A DNA stretch of 62,714 nucleotides from Acidobacteriota bacterium (GTDB lineage Bacteria > Acidobacteriota > Terriglobia > Terriglobales > SCQP01), in NCBI GenBank assembly GCA_021826505.1, contig JAKAZV010000004.1, positions 1 to 62,714 on the forward strand. Reading direction: 5' to 3'. The notes below the pieces were generated by a model that worked only from the letters and a program-made list of their open reading frames with translations, did not search any database and was not told the DNA's origin. Below are positions 1 through 11,955 of the stretch, piece by piece. The first letter of the stretch is position 1. Each line of letters starts with the position of its first letter. Made by a program: the position numbers and the translations under genes.

Positions 1-201
1 TCGCTATGCAGCGTTGGAACATACTTTTGACAAAACCTTCGGTTTTGTCAAGGCTCGGCGATCCTCAGGTACATCGGTGTACATTGCGGTCGCCTCGCGG
101 TTTCCGCCTGGCTCTGCTCGCTTCTCTCTGAGCGCTCCGCATCGTTCGTCGGTGGAGGGCCGGGACTTAACAAACAACCCCGGCCTTTCCACTCGATACG
201 G
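1..201 (+). repeat. Palindromic intergenic repeat, copy 1 (left end cut by window edge), with extra internal hairpin and downstream second stem-loop
   Basis: Shares gctcggcgatcctcaggtacatc..gtacattgcggtcgcctcgcggtttccgcctggctctgctcgcttctctctgagcg with copies at 1791 and 8440; contains ttgacaaaacc-ttc-ggttttgtcaa hairpin. Confidence 0.85.
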
Positions 202-249
202 CTTTCAATAATCCTGAGTGGTGGACTCGTGCGCCCCCGCTGGTTGAGG

Positions 250-735
250 TCAATGGCCACGGCGGCGGATTTCGGCCAGCAGCTCGCGCGTGGCATGATG
301 CTTGGGATCGCCGGCAATCGCCCCTTGAATGCCGAGCCGTTCGGCGGCGGCGCGCTCGGGAATGGAGTCCCGCGTGTAATCGGTGCCTTTGGCGTGAATG
401 GCGGGCCGCAGGGCTTCGAGCAGCGGGGTCACGGTGGGAGTGGAAAAAATCACGACCGCATCCACGGCGCGCAGGGCGGCGAGCAGGCGGGCCCGCTCGG
501 CGGCGGACAGAATGGGCCGGCCGGGACCTTTCAGGGCGCGCACCGACTCATCATCGTTGACGGCCACGATGAGGCGGCTGCCCAGAGCGCGGGCGGCCTG
601 CAGATAGCGGAGATGGCCGACATGAAGAATGTCAAAACAGCCATTGGCCAGCACGATGGATTCCCCCAAGCCGCGCCATTCGCCGGACAGATCGCGGGCC
701 TCCGCGAGCGAGAGAATTTTATTTTCCGTGTTCAT
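250..735 (-). CDS. hldC: D-glycero-beta-D-manno-heptose 1-phosphate adenylyltransferase (HldE domain II)
   Basis: NGCFDILHVGH nucleotidyltransferase motif, LKGPGRP, KGTDY; overlaps upstream heptose kinase by 4 bp. Confidence 0.85.
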   Translation of the reverse strand: MNTENKILSLAEARDLSGEWRGLGESIVLANGCFDILHVGHLRYLQAARALGSRLIVAVNDDESVRALKGPGRPILSAAERARLLAALRAVDAVVIFSTPTVTPLLEALRPAIHAKGTDYTRDSIPERAAAERLGIQGAIAGDPKHHATRELLAEIRRRGH

Positions 736-1778
736 GCGGACGGGCTCATTCTTTGGGCCGCAGCCAGCAACTCCGGCATTTGAACGACGGCGGTGCCCGG
801 CTTCATGACGACGATGCCGGCGGCGGCGTTGGCGAGACGGGCGGCCAGCTCCATGCCGGCGCCGGAGGCGAGCGCGGCGGTGAAAACGGCGATGACGGTA
901 TCGCCGGCGCCGGTGACATCCACTGCCTGATCGTTGCCGGAAATGGGAATGTGCAGAGTGCGGCGGCGAGGCTGAAACAGCGCCATGCCGTCGCGGCCGC
1001 GGGTGATGAGCAGGCCCGCGGCGCGCAATTGCCGCAACAGCCGGCGGCCGAAATTTTCCAGCCGGCGGCGGTTATCGCCGATGGGAGCGTGAAAGATTTC
1101 TTCCACCTCTTCCTCGTTGGGCGTGGCGGCGGTGAGTCCGCGATAACCGGCCAGAGTGAAGCGGGCGTCCACGGTGAAGGGCGCGCCGGCGGGCAGCCAG
1201 GCGGGCGCGGGCTGAACCGCAGAGGGAGAAACCGAACCATAGCCATAGTCGCAGACGATCAGGCCATCGGCCGCCCGGCAGGCGCGGGCGGCGCGGGCGC
1301 GCAAGCGCCGGACCATGGCTTCGGGCAGGGCGCGGCCCGGTTCGCGGTCGAGGCGGACGATCTGCTGGCGGGTGGTGTGCGAGTGTCCGGCCAGAATGCG
1401 GGTTTTGCTGGGCGTGGGCCAGCCCGGGACGGTGAGCAGACCGCGGAGATCCATGCCGGCCTGGGAAAAAAAGCGGCGCAGGGCGCGGCCGGCCGCGTCG
1501 TCGCCGATGACACCGATCAGTTTGACTTGCACCCCGAGCGCGGCCAGGTTGGCGGCGGTATTGGCTCCGCCGCCGGGCACCAGGGACTGCTCGCGATGGC
1601 GAAGAATCAACACCGGAGCTTCGCGCGATACCCGGGAGATTTCACCGTAGATGAATTCATCGGCGATGAAATCGCCCCAGACGACCAGGCGCAGGCGGCG
1701 GAAGCGGGCCAGCGCGGCGGCGGGCGTTGTGGACGCGGCCGGCGAGGGCAAGTGCGATGATGGAGGCCGGGAGGGCAT
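732..1778 (-). CDS. hldA: D-glycero-beta-D-manno-heptose-7-phosphate kinase (HldE domain I, PfkB family)
   Basis: RVSREAPV, PGGGAN, TPNEEE and DVTGAGDT PfkB motifs. Confidence 0.85.
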   Translation of the reverse strand: MPSRPPSSHLPSPAASTTPAAALARFRRLRLVVWGDFIADEFIYGEISRVSREAPVLILRHREQSLVPGGGANTAANLAALGVQVKLIGVIGDDAAGRALRRFFSQAGMDLRGLLTVPGWPTPSKTRILAGHSHTTRQQIVRLDREPGRALPEAMVRRLRARAARACRAADGLIVCDYGYGSVSPSAVQPAPAWLPAGAPFTVDARFTLAGYRGLTAATPNEEEVEEIFHAPIGDNRRRLENFGRRLLRQLRAAGLLITRGRDGMALFQPRRRTLHIPISGNDQAVDVTGAGDTVIAVFTAALASGAGMELAARLANAAAGIVVMKPGTAVVQMPELLAAAQRMSPSA

Positions 1779-1790
1779 GGAGAATGAACA

Positions 1791-1982
1791 CGCTCAGGGA
1801 TAAGCATCGCATAGCGGCGTTGGAACCCGCTCGGCAATCCTCATGTACATCTATGTACACTGCGGTTGCCTCGCGGCTTCCGCCTGGCTCTGCTCGCTTC
1901 TCCCTGAGCGCTCAGCATCGTTTCAACGGCGGAGGGCCGAGACCTAAACAAGCAACCCTGGCCTTTTCCCCTCGATGCGGCG
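1791..1982 (+). repeat. Palindromic intergenic repeat, copy 2 (120-bp hairpin 1791-1910 plus second stem-loop)
   Basis: Ends cgctcagggataagc / gcttctccctgagcg are inverted (14/15); centre tgtacat-ct-atgtaca. Confidence 0.9.
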
Positions 1983-2086
1983 TTTATTTACTTTTGGCAG
2001 ACTCACAGGCCGCCGCTAAATGAACTATTGTAGAAGAAGTGAAGAAGCAGGGCCGTGAAAACCTTTTCGTGAGCCACACGAAGCAA

Positions 2087-2116
2087 TTGACAAGCGCGGC
2101 GAACTAATTCTACAGT
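2087..2116 (+). promoter_or_regulatory. Sigma70-type promoter of rplM-rpsI operon
   Basis: TTGACA (2087-2092), 18-bp spacer, TACAGT (2111-2116). Confidence 0.6.
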
Positions 2117-2365
2117 TAATACTTGCCCTGTAGTCTGCCCTTGCAATGGCAAGCCGGAATCCGGGGATATGGACCCGCATAGCGGGAAGCGCTCAGCCCC
2201 CCGGGCGGCTGATCAAATTCGGCAAACGAACCAGGACTGAAACAACACCGTGGCCCGCGGCACGGCGCGAAACGGCGTGCGCGAGCCGCCGGGAGACGCC
2301 GGAAAGCGCGCCCCGGGAGCCGGAGCAGGCGCTCCGGAAAAAATAACCGGACTGAGACAGAGACG

Positions 2366-2812
2366 ATGCGAACCTACATACCCAAAGCCGCCGACCGCGC
2401 CCCGCAGTGGCACCTGGTGGACGCGCGGGATCAAGTGCTGGGACGGCTGGCGAGCCGCGTGGCCCGCATACTGATGGGCAAGGAAAACCCCCGCTATACT
2501 CCCTACCTTTCGACCGGCGAGCACGTCATCATCATCAATGCCGCCAAGCTGAAAATCACGGGACAGAAGGTGGAAGCCAAGCAATATCATCATTTCACCG
2601 GCTACCCCGGCGGATTGAAAACCCGCGCGCTGAAGACGCGGATCCAGGCCAAGCCGGAAGATGTGCTGCGGGACGCGATTCGGGGCATGCTGCCGAAGAG
2701 CCGGCTGGGCAAGGCGCTGGGCAGCAATTTGCGGGTGTATGCCGGCGACAAGCATCCCCATTTTGGGCAGCAGCCGCGGGCACTGAACCCGAACGGCCCG
2801 GGACGGGCGTAA
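2366..2812 (+). CDS. rplM: 50S ribosomal protein L13
   Basis: WHLVDA..VLGRLAS, HFTGYPGGLK, IRGMLPK; followed by rpsI. Confidence 0.98.
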   Translation: MRTYIPKAADRAPQWHLVDARDQVLGRLASRVARILMGKENPRYTPYLSTGEHVIIINAAKLKITGQKVEAKQYHHFTGYPGGLKTRALKTRIQAKPEDVLRDAIRGMLPKSRLGKALGSNLRVYAGDKHPHFGQQPRALNPNGPGRA

Positions 2813-2827
2813 GAACGCGAAAAATTT

Positions 2828-3223
2828 ATGGCACAACCGGTTCAATATCTGGGCACAGGCCGCAGGAAAAGTTCGGTGGCGCGGGTGATTCTGCGCCCCG
2901 GCAGCGGAGCTATCCGCGTGAACGGCCGGGATTTTGAGAAATATTTTCCCACCCCCGCGCTGCGGGTGGTGGCGCGCCAGCCGCTGGATACGCTGGAAGC
3001 CGGCACGCAATTTGACGTGCTGGCCAGCGTGCAGGGCGGCGGCATTGCCGGACAGAGCGGCGCGCTGCGCCTGGGCATTGCGCGGGCATTGCTGGGCTAT
3101 AACGCCGAGCTGCGCGCGCGCCTGCGGGCGGCCGGGCTGCTGACCCGCGATGCCCGCGGCAAGGAACGCAAAAAGTACGGACAAAAGGGAGCGCGCAAAC
3201 GCTTCCAGTTCTCCAAACGGTAA
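2828..3223 (+). CDS. rpsI: 30S ribosomal protein S9
   Basis: [20 protein letters not shown]-terminal RKRFQFSKR. Confidence 0.98.
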   Translation: MAQPVQYLGTGRRKSSVARVILRPGSGAIRVNGRDFEKYFPTPALRVVARQPLDTLEAGTQFDVLASVQGGGIAGQSGALRLGIARALLGYNAELRARLRAAGLLTRDARGKERKKYGQKGARKRFQFSKR

Positions 3224-3382
3224 GGGCGATTTTACGGACGCCGGCGGGACGCGGAGCCCGCTCGCGGACGAGCAGCATGCCGGGTCCGAATTTTTCCGCA
3301 AGGAAAGTAAACCCCGCAAGCCAGGCGGTTCCACGGGAGCCGAGGCCCAAGCGGCGGTTGCCAGCTTTTCGAGGAGGCTTGG

Positions 3383-4309
3383 TTGGCTAGCATTACGATG
3401 AAGGAATTGCTCGAAGCGGGCGTCCACTTCGGGCACCAAACCCGGCGCTGGAACCCGAAGATGAAGCCTTATATCTTCGGCGAGCGCAACGGCATTTACA
3501 TTATTGACCTGCAAAAGACCTTGAAGATGTTCAAGGACGCCGCCAAGTTTGTGCAGGAACAGGCGGCGCAAGGCAAAAGCGTGCTGTTCGTGGGCACCAA
3601 GCGGCAGGCCCAGGAAGCCATCGCCGAGGAAGCCACCCGCTGCCAGATGTATTACATTAATCACCGCTGGCTGGGCGGGCTGCTGACTAACTGGGTGACG
3701 ATTCAGAAGTCCATCAAGCGTTTTGTGGATATCGAGCAGATGTCCACCGACGGGCGCTATGAACTGCTGCCGAAAAAAGAAGTGATCCGGCTGGAGCGCG
3801 AGCGCAAGCATCTGCAGCAGAATCTGGCCGGCATTAAAGAAATGCCGGGATTGCCGGATGTGCTTTTCGTGATTGACTCCAATCACGAGCAGATCGCGGT
3901 GCGGGAAGCCCGCAAGCTGGGCATCCCCGTGGTGGGGGTGGTAGACACCAACTGTGATCCCACCGAAGTGGATTACGTCATTCCCGGCAACGACGACGCG
4001 CTGCGCGCGATCCGGCTGTTCACCACCCGCATCGCCGACGCCTGCCTGGAAGGCAAACAACTGCTGCCGGGCGAAGCCGGCGCGGCCAGCGAAGCCGATG
4101 CGGCGGAAGGCGAGAGCGGGGAGGAAGTGGTGGACCCCGAGTATCTGGCGCGGTACGAAGCTGAACGCCGCTTCGGGGCGCTGACGGAAACGGAAGAGGA
4201 ACCGGGCGCGAGCGAGGAGGCCGAGGTAAAAACGGCCAGCCCCGGCCGCAAAGGACCGGATACCGAGAGTGAAAACCGGGATCGAGCCGATGCCGGCCCG
4301 GCCCTGTAA
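3383..4309 (+). CDS. rpsB: 30S ribosomal protein S2 (TTG start, acidic C-terminal tail)
   Basis: [34 protein letters not shown]; GAGGAGG RBS before TTG. Confidence 0.98.
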   Translation: MASITMKELLEAGVHFGHQTRRWNPKMKPYIFGERNGIYIIDLQKTLKMFKDAAKFVQEQAAQGKSVLFVGTKRQAQEAIAEEATRCQMYYINHRWLGGLLTNWVTIQKSIKRFVDIEQMSTDGRYELLPKKEVIRLERERKHLQQNLAGIKEMPGLPDVLFVIDSNHEQIAVREARKLGIPVVGVVDTNCDPTEVDYVIPGNDDALRAIRLFTTRIADACLEGKQLLPGEAGAASEADAAEGESGEEVVDPEYLARYEAERRFGALTETEEEPGASEEAEVKTASPGRKGPDTESENRDRADAGPAL

Positions 4310-4363
4310 CCCTCCAGCATGAATTCTTCGCCCCAGGCAGGCGGCGGAGACAGACCCAAGGCT

Positions 4364-4966
4364 ATGGAAATTACCGCGGCAATGGTGAAGCAACTGCGGG
4401 AGCGCACCGGCGCTCCTATGATGAACTGCAAGGCCGCCCTGACCGAGGCCAAAGGCGATATGGCGGCGGCCGAGGTGCTGTTGCGCAAACAGGGCATGGC
4501 CAGCGCGGCCAAAAAGTCCAGCCGGGCCACCAGCGAAGGCTCGGTGGGCGCCTATATCCATGCCGGCGGCAAGCTGGGCGTGCTGGTGGAAGTGGACTGC
4601 GAAAGCGATTTTGTGGCCCGCACCGATGAGTTTCAGGCCATGCTGCACGATCTGGCCATGCACATCGCGGCCGCCGACCCGCGCTATCTGGACCGCGGGC
4701 TGATTCCGGCCGACGTGCTGGAACGGGAAAAAGACATTTACCGGGCACAACTGCCCGCCAACAAACCGGCGGCGGTGCTGGACAAGATCCTGGAAGGCAA
4801 GCTGGAGAAGTTCTACGAGGAAGCCTGCCTGCTCGACCAGCGCTACGTGAAAGACGATAAAATCACGGTGCGCGAGCTGGTCGCCGAAAAAATCAGCAAG
4901 TTCGGCGAAAATATCGCCATCCGGCGTTTTGTCCGCTTCAAGGTGGGCGATGCGCCGGGCGCCTGA
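4364..4966 (+). CDS. tsf: Elongation factor Ts (short ~200-aa type)
   Basis: VKQLRERTGA, EVDCESDFVAR, FGENIAIRRF; start placed at MEITA (ORF open from 4319). Confidence 0.97.
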   Translation: MEITAAMVKQLRERTGAPMMNCKAALTEAKGDMAAAEVLLRKQGMASAAKKSSRATSEGSVGAYIHAGGKLGVLVEVDCESDFVARTDEFQAMLHDLAMHIAAADPRYLDRGLIPADVLEREKDIYRAQLPANKPAAVLDKILEGKLEKFYEEACLLDQRYVKDDKITVRELVAEKISKFGENIAIRRFVRFKVGDAPGA

Positions 4967-4999
4967 TCCCAATTGACTCCGGGCGCCTGAACCGCCCGC

Positions 5000-5770
5000 A
5001 TGGCCATGGCCGAACCTGTATCCGCTTCCGCCCTCCGTCCCCCAGCCACCCCGGCATATCACCGGATTCTTCTGAAATTATCGGGCGAGGCCCTGGCCGG
5101 CGGCCAGAGCCTCGGCATTGATGCCGGCAAGCTGGGCGCCATCGCCGACGAAATTGCCGCCGTACACCAGCTGGGAGTGGAAGTCGCGCTGGTGCTGGGC
5201 GGAGGCAATTTTTTCCGCGGCGTTTCGCAGCAGGCCCGGCACATGGACCGGGTTTCGGCCGATCAGATGGGCATGCTGGCGACGGTGATTAACGGACTGG
5301 CGATGCAGGACGCGCTGGAGACCCGCGGCATTAAAACCCGGGTGATGAGCGCGATCGAGATGCAAAAGGTCTGCGAGCCGTTCATACGCCGCCGGGCCAT
5401 CCGGCATCTGGAAAAAGGCCGGGCGGTGATTTTTGTGGGGGGCACCGGAAACCCGTATTTTTCCACCGACACCGCCGCCGCGCTGCGCGCCATGGAGATC
5501 AAGGCGGATGTGATCCTGAAGGGCACGCAGGTGGATGGCGTCTATGACGCCGACCCGGCCCAGGTCAAAACCGCCAGCCGCTTCGCCCAGCTCGATTATC
5601 AGGAATTTATCAAGCGCAACCTGCGGGTGATGGATATTTCGGCGATCGCGCTCTGCCGCGACAATCAAATGCCGGTGATTGTCTTTAACCTGCATCAGGC
5701 GGGGAATGTGCGCCGGGTGGTGCAGGGCGAGCCGATTGGCTCGCTGATCGGCGCCGTCCCGGAAGCCTGA
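5000..5770 (+). CDS. pyrH: UMP kinase
   Basis: [30 protein letters not shown]. Confidence 0.97.
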   Translation: MAMAEPVSASALRPPATPAYHRILLKLSGEALAGGQSLGIDAGKLGAIADEIAAVHQLGVEVALVLGGGNFFRGVSQQARHMDRVSADQMGMLATVINGLAMQDALETRGIKTRVMSAIEMQKVCEPFIRRRAIRHLEKGRAVIFVGGTGNPYFSTDTAAALRAMEIKADVILKGTQVDGVYDADPAQVKTASRFAQLDYQEFIKRNLRVMDISAIALCRDNQMPVIVFNLHQAGNVRRVVQGEPIGSLIGAVPEA

Positions 5771-5791
5771 GGGCGGGGTGGGGAAAAAATC

Positions 5792-6376
5792 ATGAACATA
5801 TCATCTGATGCCGTCGCCGTGCTGCGCGAGCCGCTGCGCCAACTGCGCCAGCGCATGGAAAAAGCCGTGTCCGATTTTCAAACCGCCCTGGCCAGCCTGC
5901 GCACCGGCCGGGCCAGCGTGCATCTGCTGGATGGCGTGCGGGTGGATTACTACGGCACGGAAATGCCGGTGAATCAGGTCGCCACGCTGCACACGCCCGA
6001 TCCACAAATGATCACGGTGCAACCCTACGACGCCTCGCTATTGGGAGCGATCGAGAAGGCCATCCACAGCGCCGATCTGGGATTGAACCCGGCCAGCGAC
6101 GGCAAGCTGCTGCGCATTACCATTCCTCCCCTGACCGAGGAGCGGCGGCGCGATCTGGCCAAGCATATGCATAAAATTCTGGAAGACCACCGCACCGAGC
6201 TGCGCAACATCCGCCGGGACGGCAACGATGCGGCGAAAAAACTGAAAGCCGACAAAAAGCTCAGCGAAGACGAGGAGCGGCGGGCGCACGAAGACATTCA
6301 GAAGCTCACCGACGCGGAAATTAAAAAGCTGGAAGAGCTGGCGGCGGCCAAGGAAAAAGAGCTGATGAAGGTGTAG
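5792..6376 (+). CDS. frr: Ribosome recycling factor
   Basis: LRTGRAS, VDYYG, PPLTEERR; canonical position after pyrH. Confidence 0.97.
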   Translation: MNISSDAVAVLREPLRQLRQRMEKAVSDFQTALASLRTGRASVHLLDGVRVDYYGTEMPVNQVATLHTPDPQMITVQPYDASLLGAIEKAIHSADLGLNPASDGKLLRITIPPLTEERRRDLAKHMHKILEDHRTELRNIRRDGNDAAKKLKADKKLSEDEERRAHEDIQKLTDAEIKKLEELAAAKEKELMKV

Positions 6377-6399
6377 GGAACGACACTTTCAATCAAATT

Positions 6400-8436
<2,037 letters not shown>

Positions 8437-8439
8437 TCA

Positions 8440-8559
8440 CGCTCAGGGATCAGCATCGCAGAGCGGCGTTGGAAACCGCTCGGCGATCCTCAGGTACATC
8501 TGTGTACATTGCGGTCGCCTCGCGGTTTCCGCCTTGCTCTGCTCGCCTCTCCCTGAGCG
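8440..8559 (+). repeat. Palindromic intergenic repeat, copy 3 (complete 120 bp)
   Basis: cgctcaggga...tccctgagcg, same length and near identical to copy 2. Confidence 0.9.
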
Positions 8560-8604
8560 CTCAACATTGTTCAATAGCGGTGTACCGGGATCTGGCAGGC
8601 AACC

Positions 8605-8704
8605 TAAGGATCATGCTCAGGGATAAGCATTGCATAGAGGCGTTGGAATATGCTTTTGACAAAACCTGCGGCTTTGGCAATGGCTCGGCAATCCTCATGT
8701 ACAT
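8605..8704 (+). repeat. Palindromic intergenic repeat, copy 4 (left half only, with degenerate internal hairpin insert)
   Basis: taaggatcatgctcagggataagcattgcatagaggcgttggaa..ttttgacaaaacc..gctcggcaatcctcatgtacat. Confidence 0.85.
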
Positions 8705-8730
8705 TCGAGAATTGAAGAAGAGAAACGCGC

Positions 8731-9774
8731 GTGGATAATCTGACACATTCGCTGGTTGGCATCGCGCTCTCGCGGGCCTTTTTCAAGGACAAGGCGCCGC
8801 TGGCGACGACGATGCTTATCGTGGCCGCGAATGCGCCGGATGTGGATGTGTTGTGGTCAATGCGCGGCATTCGCTATATCGAATATCACCGCGGGTTTAC
8901 GCATTCACTGCTGTTTCTGCCGCTGGGCATGCTGCTGATCTCCTGGCTCTGGCGCGGGCTGGCCGGCCGGCTGCAGCGCCGGAAAGGAAGTTGGGACCCG
9001 GCGAAGGGACGCTGGCGCCCGCGGGGAGAAACTGAGGAAGGCCAGAGGAAAAATCCGGTGAGCTGGCGGCTGGGGCTGGCGGCGGGATTGCTGGGCATTG
9101 GCTCGCATCTGCTGATGGATTGGACCAACAGCTACGGCATACGGTTATTGGATCCGCTCAGCCAGCACTGGTTCGCGCTCGACTGGATGCCGATCGTGGA
9201 CCCGTGGCTATGGCTGATTCTGCTGGCATGCCTGACCTTGCCCATGCTGCTGGCCATGGTGCAGCACGAGCAGGGCGGACCGCGCGGCCATTACCGTAAA
9301 AGCGCGGCGGTGGCGCTGCTGGCGATGGGCGCATGGTGGGGCGTGCGGGCCGCGGCGCATCAGCGGGCTCTCGAAAAGCTGCGGCAGGCGCTGGATGAGC
9401 CGGCGGCGAACCGCGCGCTGGCCGCCTACCCAACGTTTACCTCGCCGCTGACCTGGCGGGGAGTGGCGAGCCTGCCGGACCGCTATCAGATCGGAGATAT
9501 CACCGCAGGAAATGGAAAACCGCCGCGGCTGCATGATCTTTATAAACCCGCCGCGACCCCGGCCATTCTGGCGGCGGAGCACACCCGCGCGGCCCGGATT
9601 TTTTTACAATTTGCCCGCGATCCGTGGGTGGAAACGCGGCCCGGCGCGGGAAATACCACGGTGGTGATGATCAGCGATCTACGTTTTGGCACGCCGAAAA
9701 GTTTTCATGGCATGGGCGTGCGAGTGCGCCTGCAGCATGATCTGCGGCCCATGTCAGAACAATTTCGTTTTTAA
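8731..9774 (+). CDS. Membrane-bound metal-dependent hydrolase (YdjM/YfhP-like)
   Basis: MDNLTH, APDVD, HRGFTHS, SHLLMDW motifs and several TM segments. Confidence 0.8.
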   Translation: MDNLTHSLVGIALSRAFFKDKAPLATTMLIVAANAPDVDVLWSMRGIRYIEYHRGFTHSLLFLPLGMLLISWLWRGLAGRLQRRKGSWDPAKGRWRPRGETEEGQRKNPVSWRLGLAAGLLGIGSHLLMDWTNSYGIRLLDPLSQHWFALDWMPIVDPWLWLILLACLTLPMLLAMVQHEQGGPRGHYRKSAAVALLAMGAWWGVRAAAHQRALEKLRQALDEPAANRALAAYPTFTSPLTWRGVASLPDRYQIGDITAGNGKPPRLHDLYKPAATPAILAAEHTRAARIFLQFARDPWVETRPGAGNTTVVMISDLRFGTPKSFHGMGVRVRLQHDLRPMSEQFRF

Positions 9775-9796
9775 GAGGCGCGAAGCGAGGGCAGAA

Positions 9797-10066
9797 TTAT
9801 TTGGCCGCAAGCTGGTTGAACGCCAGCGTCAGGCGGGATTTATGGCGATCGGCGGCGTTATGATGCAATACGCCCTTCTGGATGCCCTTGTCGATGGCGC
9901 TCAGCGTGTCATTGAGCAGGGCGTGCGCGGCGGCCCGGTCGCCGGAGGCGATGGCCTGTTGCAATTTCTTAACCGAGGTGCGCAGGCGGCTGGCATTCGC
10001 GCGGTTGCGCTCGGTGCGGCGTCCGGTCTGGCGGGCGCGTTTTAAAGCGGAGACGTGGTTGGCCAT
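9797..10066 (-). CDS. rpsT: 30S ribosomal protein S20
   Basis: MANHVSALKRARQ, KGVLHHNAADRHKSRL. Confidence 0.97.
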   Translation of the reverse strand: MANHVSALKRARQTGRRTERNRANASRLRTSVKKLQQAIASGDRAAAHALLNDTLSAIDKGIQKGVLHHNAADRHKSRLTLAFNQLAAK

Positions 10067-10144
10067 AACAAAGAATGAACAGCGCTGAATTGAATTCGCA
10101 AAGGATCACGCCGGCGCGAAAACTCGCAACAGGCGCAAATGCCT

Positions 10145-10174
10145 ATTATAGCGGCAGGCGGCAGAAGCTGTCAA
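10145..10174 (-). promoter_or_regulatory. Consensus sigma70 promoter of rpsT
   Basis: TTGACA (10174-10169), 18-bp spacer, TATAAT (10150-10145); a divergent TATAAT at 10199-10204 may serve phoH. Confidence 0.75.
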
Positions 10175-10309
10175 AAGGCGGGCGGGCAGGGAACGCGGTA
10201 TAATTCCGTAGATGATGCCGCCGGTAACGATGCACATCCCCCGCGAGCGGTTTCCGGTTTCAGCCTGCCGCAGGCATTTCCGCCGGATCATGCCCGACGC
10301 CCTTCCGGA

Positions 10310-11344
10310 ATGAAACGCACCCTCGAATATAGCCGCGATATCGAATCGCTGTTTGGTCCGCTGGACGAAAATTTACGCCTGCTCGAGCGCCAGCTCGAGG
10401 TCAGCGTGCACCTGTTGCCGGATCAGATCGAAATTGAGGGCGAAGCCGCGGGGCTGGACCGCATGGAAGCCATCATCGCCGACTGGCGGCAACTGCGCCA
10501 GGAAGGACAGGCGCCAGAAAACGGCGATTTAAAGGACCTGCTGCGGGTGATTTCGGAAGATCCCGGCGCCAGCCTGCGCGGGCTGGCCCAGAGCGGACGG
10601 CAGCGGAATTTCGGGAAAAAGGCGGTCCAGCCGAAGACCCTGAACCAGCGCCGGTATCTGGAGGCCATATCACGCTCCGACCTGGTGTTCGGAGTGGGGC
10701 CGGCGGGCACGGGGAAAACTTATCTGGCGGTGGCGATGGCGGTATCGGCGCTGCTCAACAAGGAAGTCAACCGCATCGTGCTGGCCCGGCCGGCGGTGGA
10801 AGCCGGCGAACGGCTGGGTTTTTTACCCGGCACGCTGCAGGAGAAAGTGGATCCGTACCTGCGGCCGCTCTATGACGCGTTATATGACCTGCTGGAAGCG
10901 GAAAAAGTAGAGCGCCTGCTGGAGCGCAACACCATCGAGATCGCGCCCATCGCCTTTATGCGCGGCCGCACGCTGAATGAAGCCTTTATTATTCTCGACG
11001 AGGCGCAAAACACGACCCAGGAACAGATGAAGATGTTTCTGACCCGCATGGGCTTCCGCTCGAAGACGGTCGTGACCGGCGACATTACGCAAATTGACCT
11101 GCCGGCGGGCAAAGGCAGCGGACTGCTGCAGGCGCTGAGCATTCTAAGCGCGGTGCCCAGCATTGCCACGGTCTATCTGGACGAACGCGATGTGGTGCGG
11201 CACAGCCTGGTGCAGAAGATCATTCATGCGTATGAGGAACAGTCGAAGCTGAAAACTCCGCGGCAACTGCCGCTGCTGCCGGGCATGCTGGGCGAAGGCG
11301 ATGAAACGGACGTACCAGCCGAAGGCGCCGCGCCCATGGCCTGA
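10310..11344 (+). CDS. phoH: PhoH family ATPase (YbeZ)
   Basis: GPAGTGKT, RPAVEAGERLGFLPG, DEAQN; start placed at MKRTL (ORF open from 10139). Confidence 0.95.
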   Translation: MKRTLEYSRDIESLFGPLDENLRLLERQLEVSVHLLPDQIEIEGEAAGLDRMEAIIADWRQLRQEGQAPENGDLKDLLRVISEDPGASLRGLAQSGRQRNFGKKAVQPKTLNQRRYLEAISRSDLVFGVGPAGTGKTYLAVAMAVSALLNKEVNRIVLARPAVEAGERLGFLPGTLQEKVDPYLRPLYDALYDLLEAEKVERLLERNTIEIAPIAFMRGRTLNEAFIILDEAQNTTQEQMKMFLTRMGFRSKTVVTGDITQIDLPAGKGSGLLQALSILSAVPSIATVYLDERDVVRHSLVQKIIHAYEEQSKLKTPRQLPLLPGMLGEGDETDVPAEGAAPMA

Positions 11345-11358
11345 TCCGCGGAGATGCC

Positions 11359-11907
11359 GTGATGCCGGGAAGAAATCAGGCCAATGCCAGCATTCTGCAA
11401 AGCGAACGGCGCTGGCCCGGGCTGGCCCTCACGCGGCTGGAAAAGTTTTTACAACGCTTGCCTGAAGCCGCCGATCTGCCGGGACGTTTTGCCGTGGCGC
11501 TGGTTTCCGATGCGGAAATCCGGGAGATGAACCGCAGATTCCGGAAGAAGGATCAGGCCACGGACGTGCTCTCATTTCCGGCAGTGGATGGGAGCCCGCC
11601 GCCGCCGGCCCCTGCCGCGCCGCGGCGCGGGGCGGCCAATTTCCGCGGCGATATTGCCATTTCCGTAGAAACCTCGGCGCGCCAGGCGCGCCGGCGGGGA
11701 CATAGCCTAGAGGGGGAAATCCGGCTGCTGGCTTTGCATGGGTATTTGCATTTATGCGGCTATGATCACGAGCGGGATGGCGGCGCCATGCGGCTCATGG
11801 AAAGCCGATTGCGGCGCAAATTGCGCCTGCCCGAGGGGCTGGTGGAACGAACCGGCCGGCGCGGGGCGGAGCCATTACATCGTCGAGCCAGCGGGCGAAA
11901 GAGGTAG
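11359..11907 (+). CDS. ybeY: rRNA maturation endoribonuclease YbeY
   Basis: TDVLSF and HGYLHLCGYDH motif; follows phoH. Confidence 0.95.
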   Translation: MMPGRNQANASILQSERRWPGLALTRLEKFLQRLPEAADLPGRFAVALVSDAEIREMNRRFRKKDQATDVLSFPAVDGSPPPPAPAAPRRGAANFRGDIAISVETSARQARRRGHSLEGEIRLLALHGYLHLCGYDHERDGGAMRLMESRLRRKLRLPEGLVERTGRRGAEPLHRRASGRKR

Positions 11908-11955
11908 TAATGGGGCTCCGGGCAGGATGAACCGCCAAGGTGATAGGCTAGAGCC

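Noticed and set aside
14-211. Similar short ORFs at 14, 1727, 8469 and 8561 suggesting a small gene family
   Set aside because: They are translations of the DNA repeat, with inconsistent starts, frames and lengths.
2213-5062. 949-aa minus-strand ORF
   Set aside because: Antisense shadow of rplM-rpsI-rpsB-tsf with no motifs; expected from high-GC codon bias. The same applies to 19841-21262, 51789-53246 and similar overlapping ORFs.
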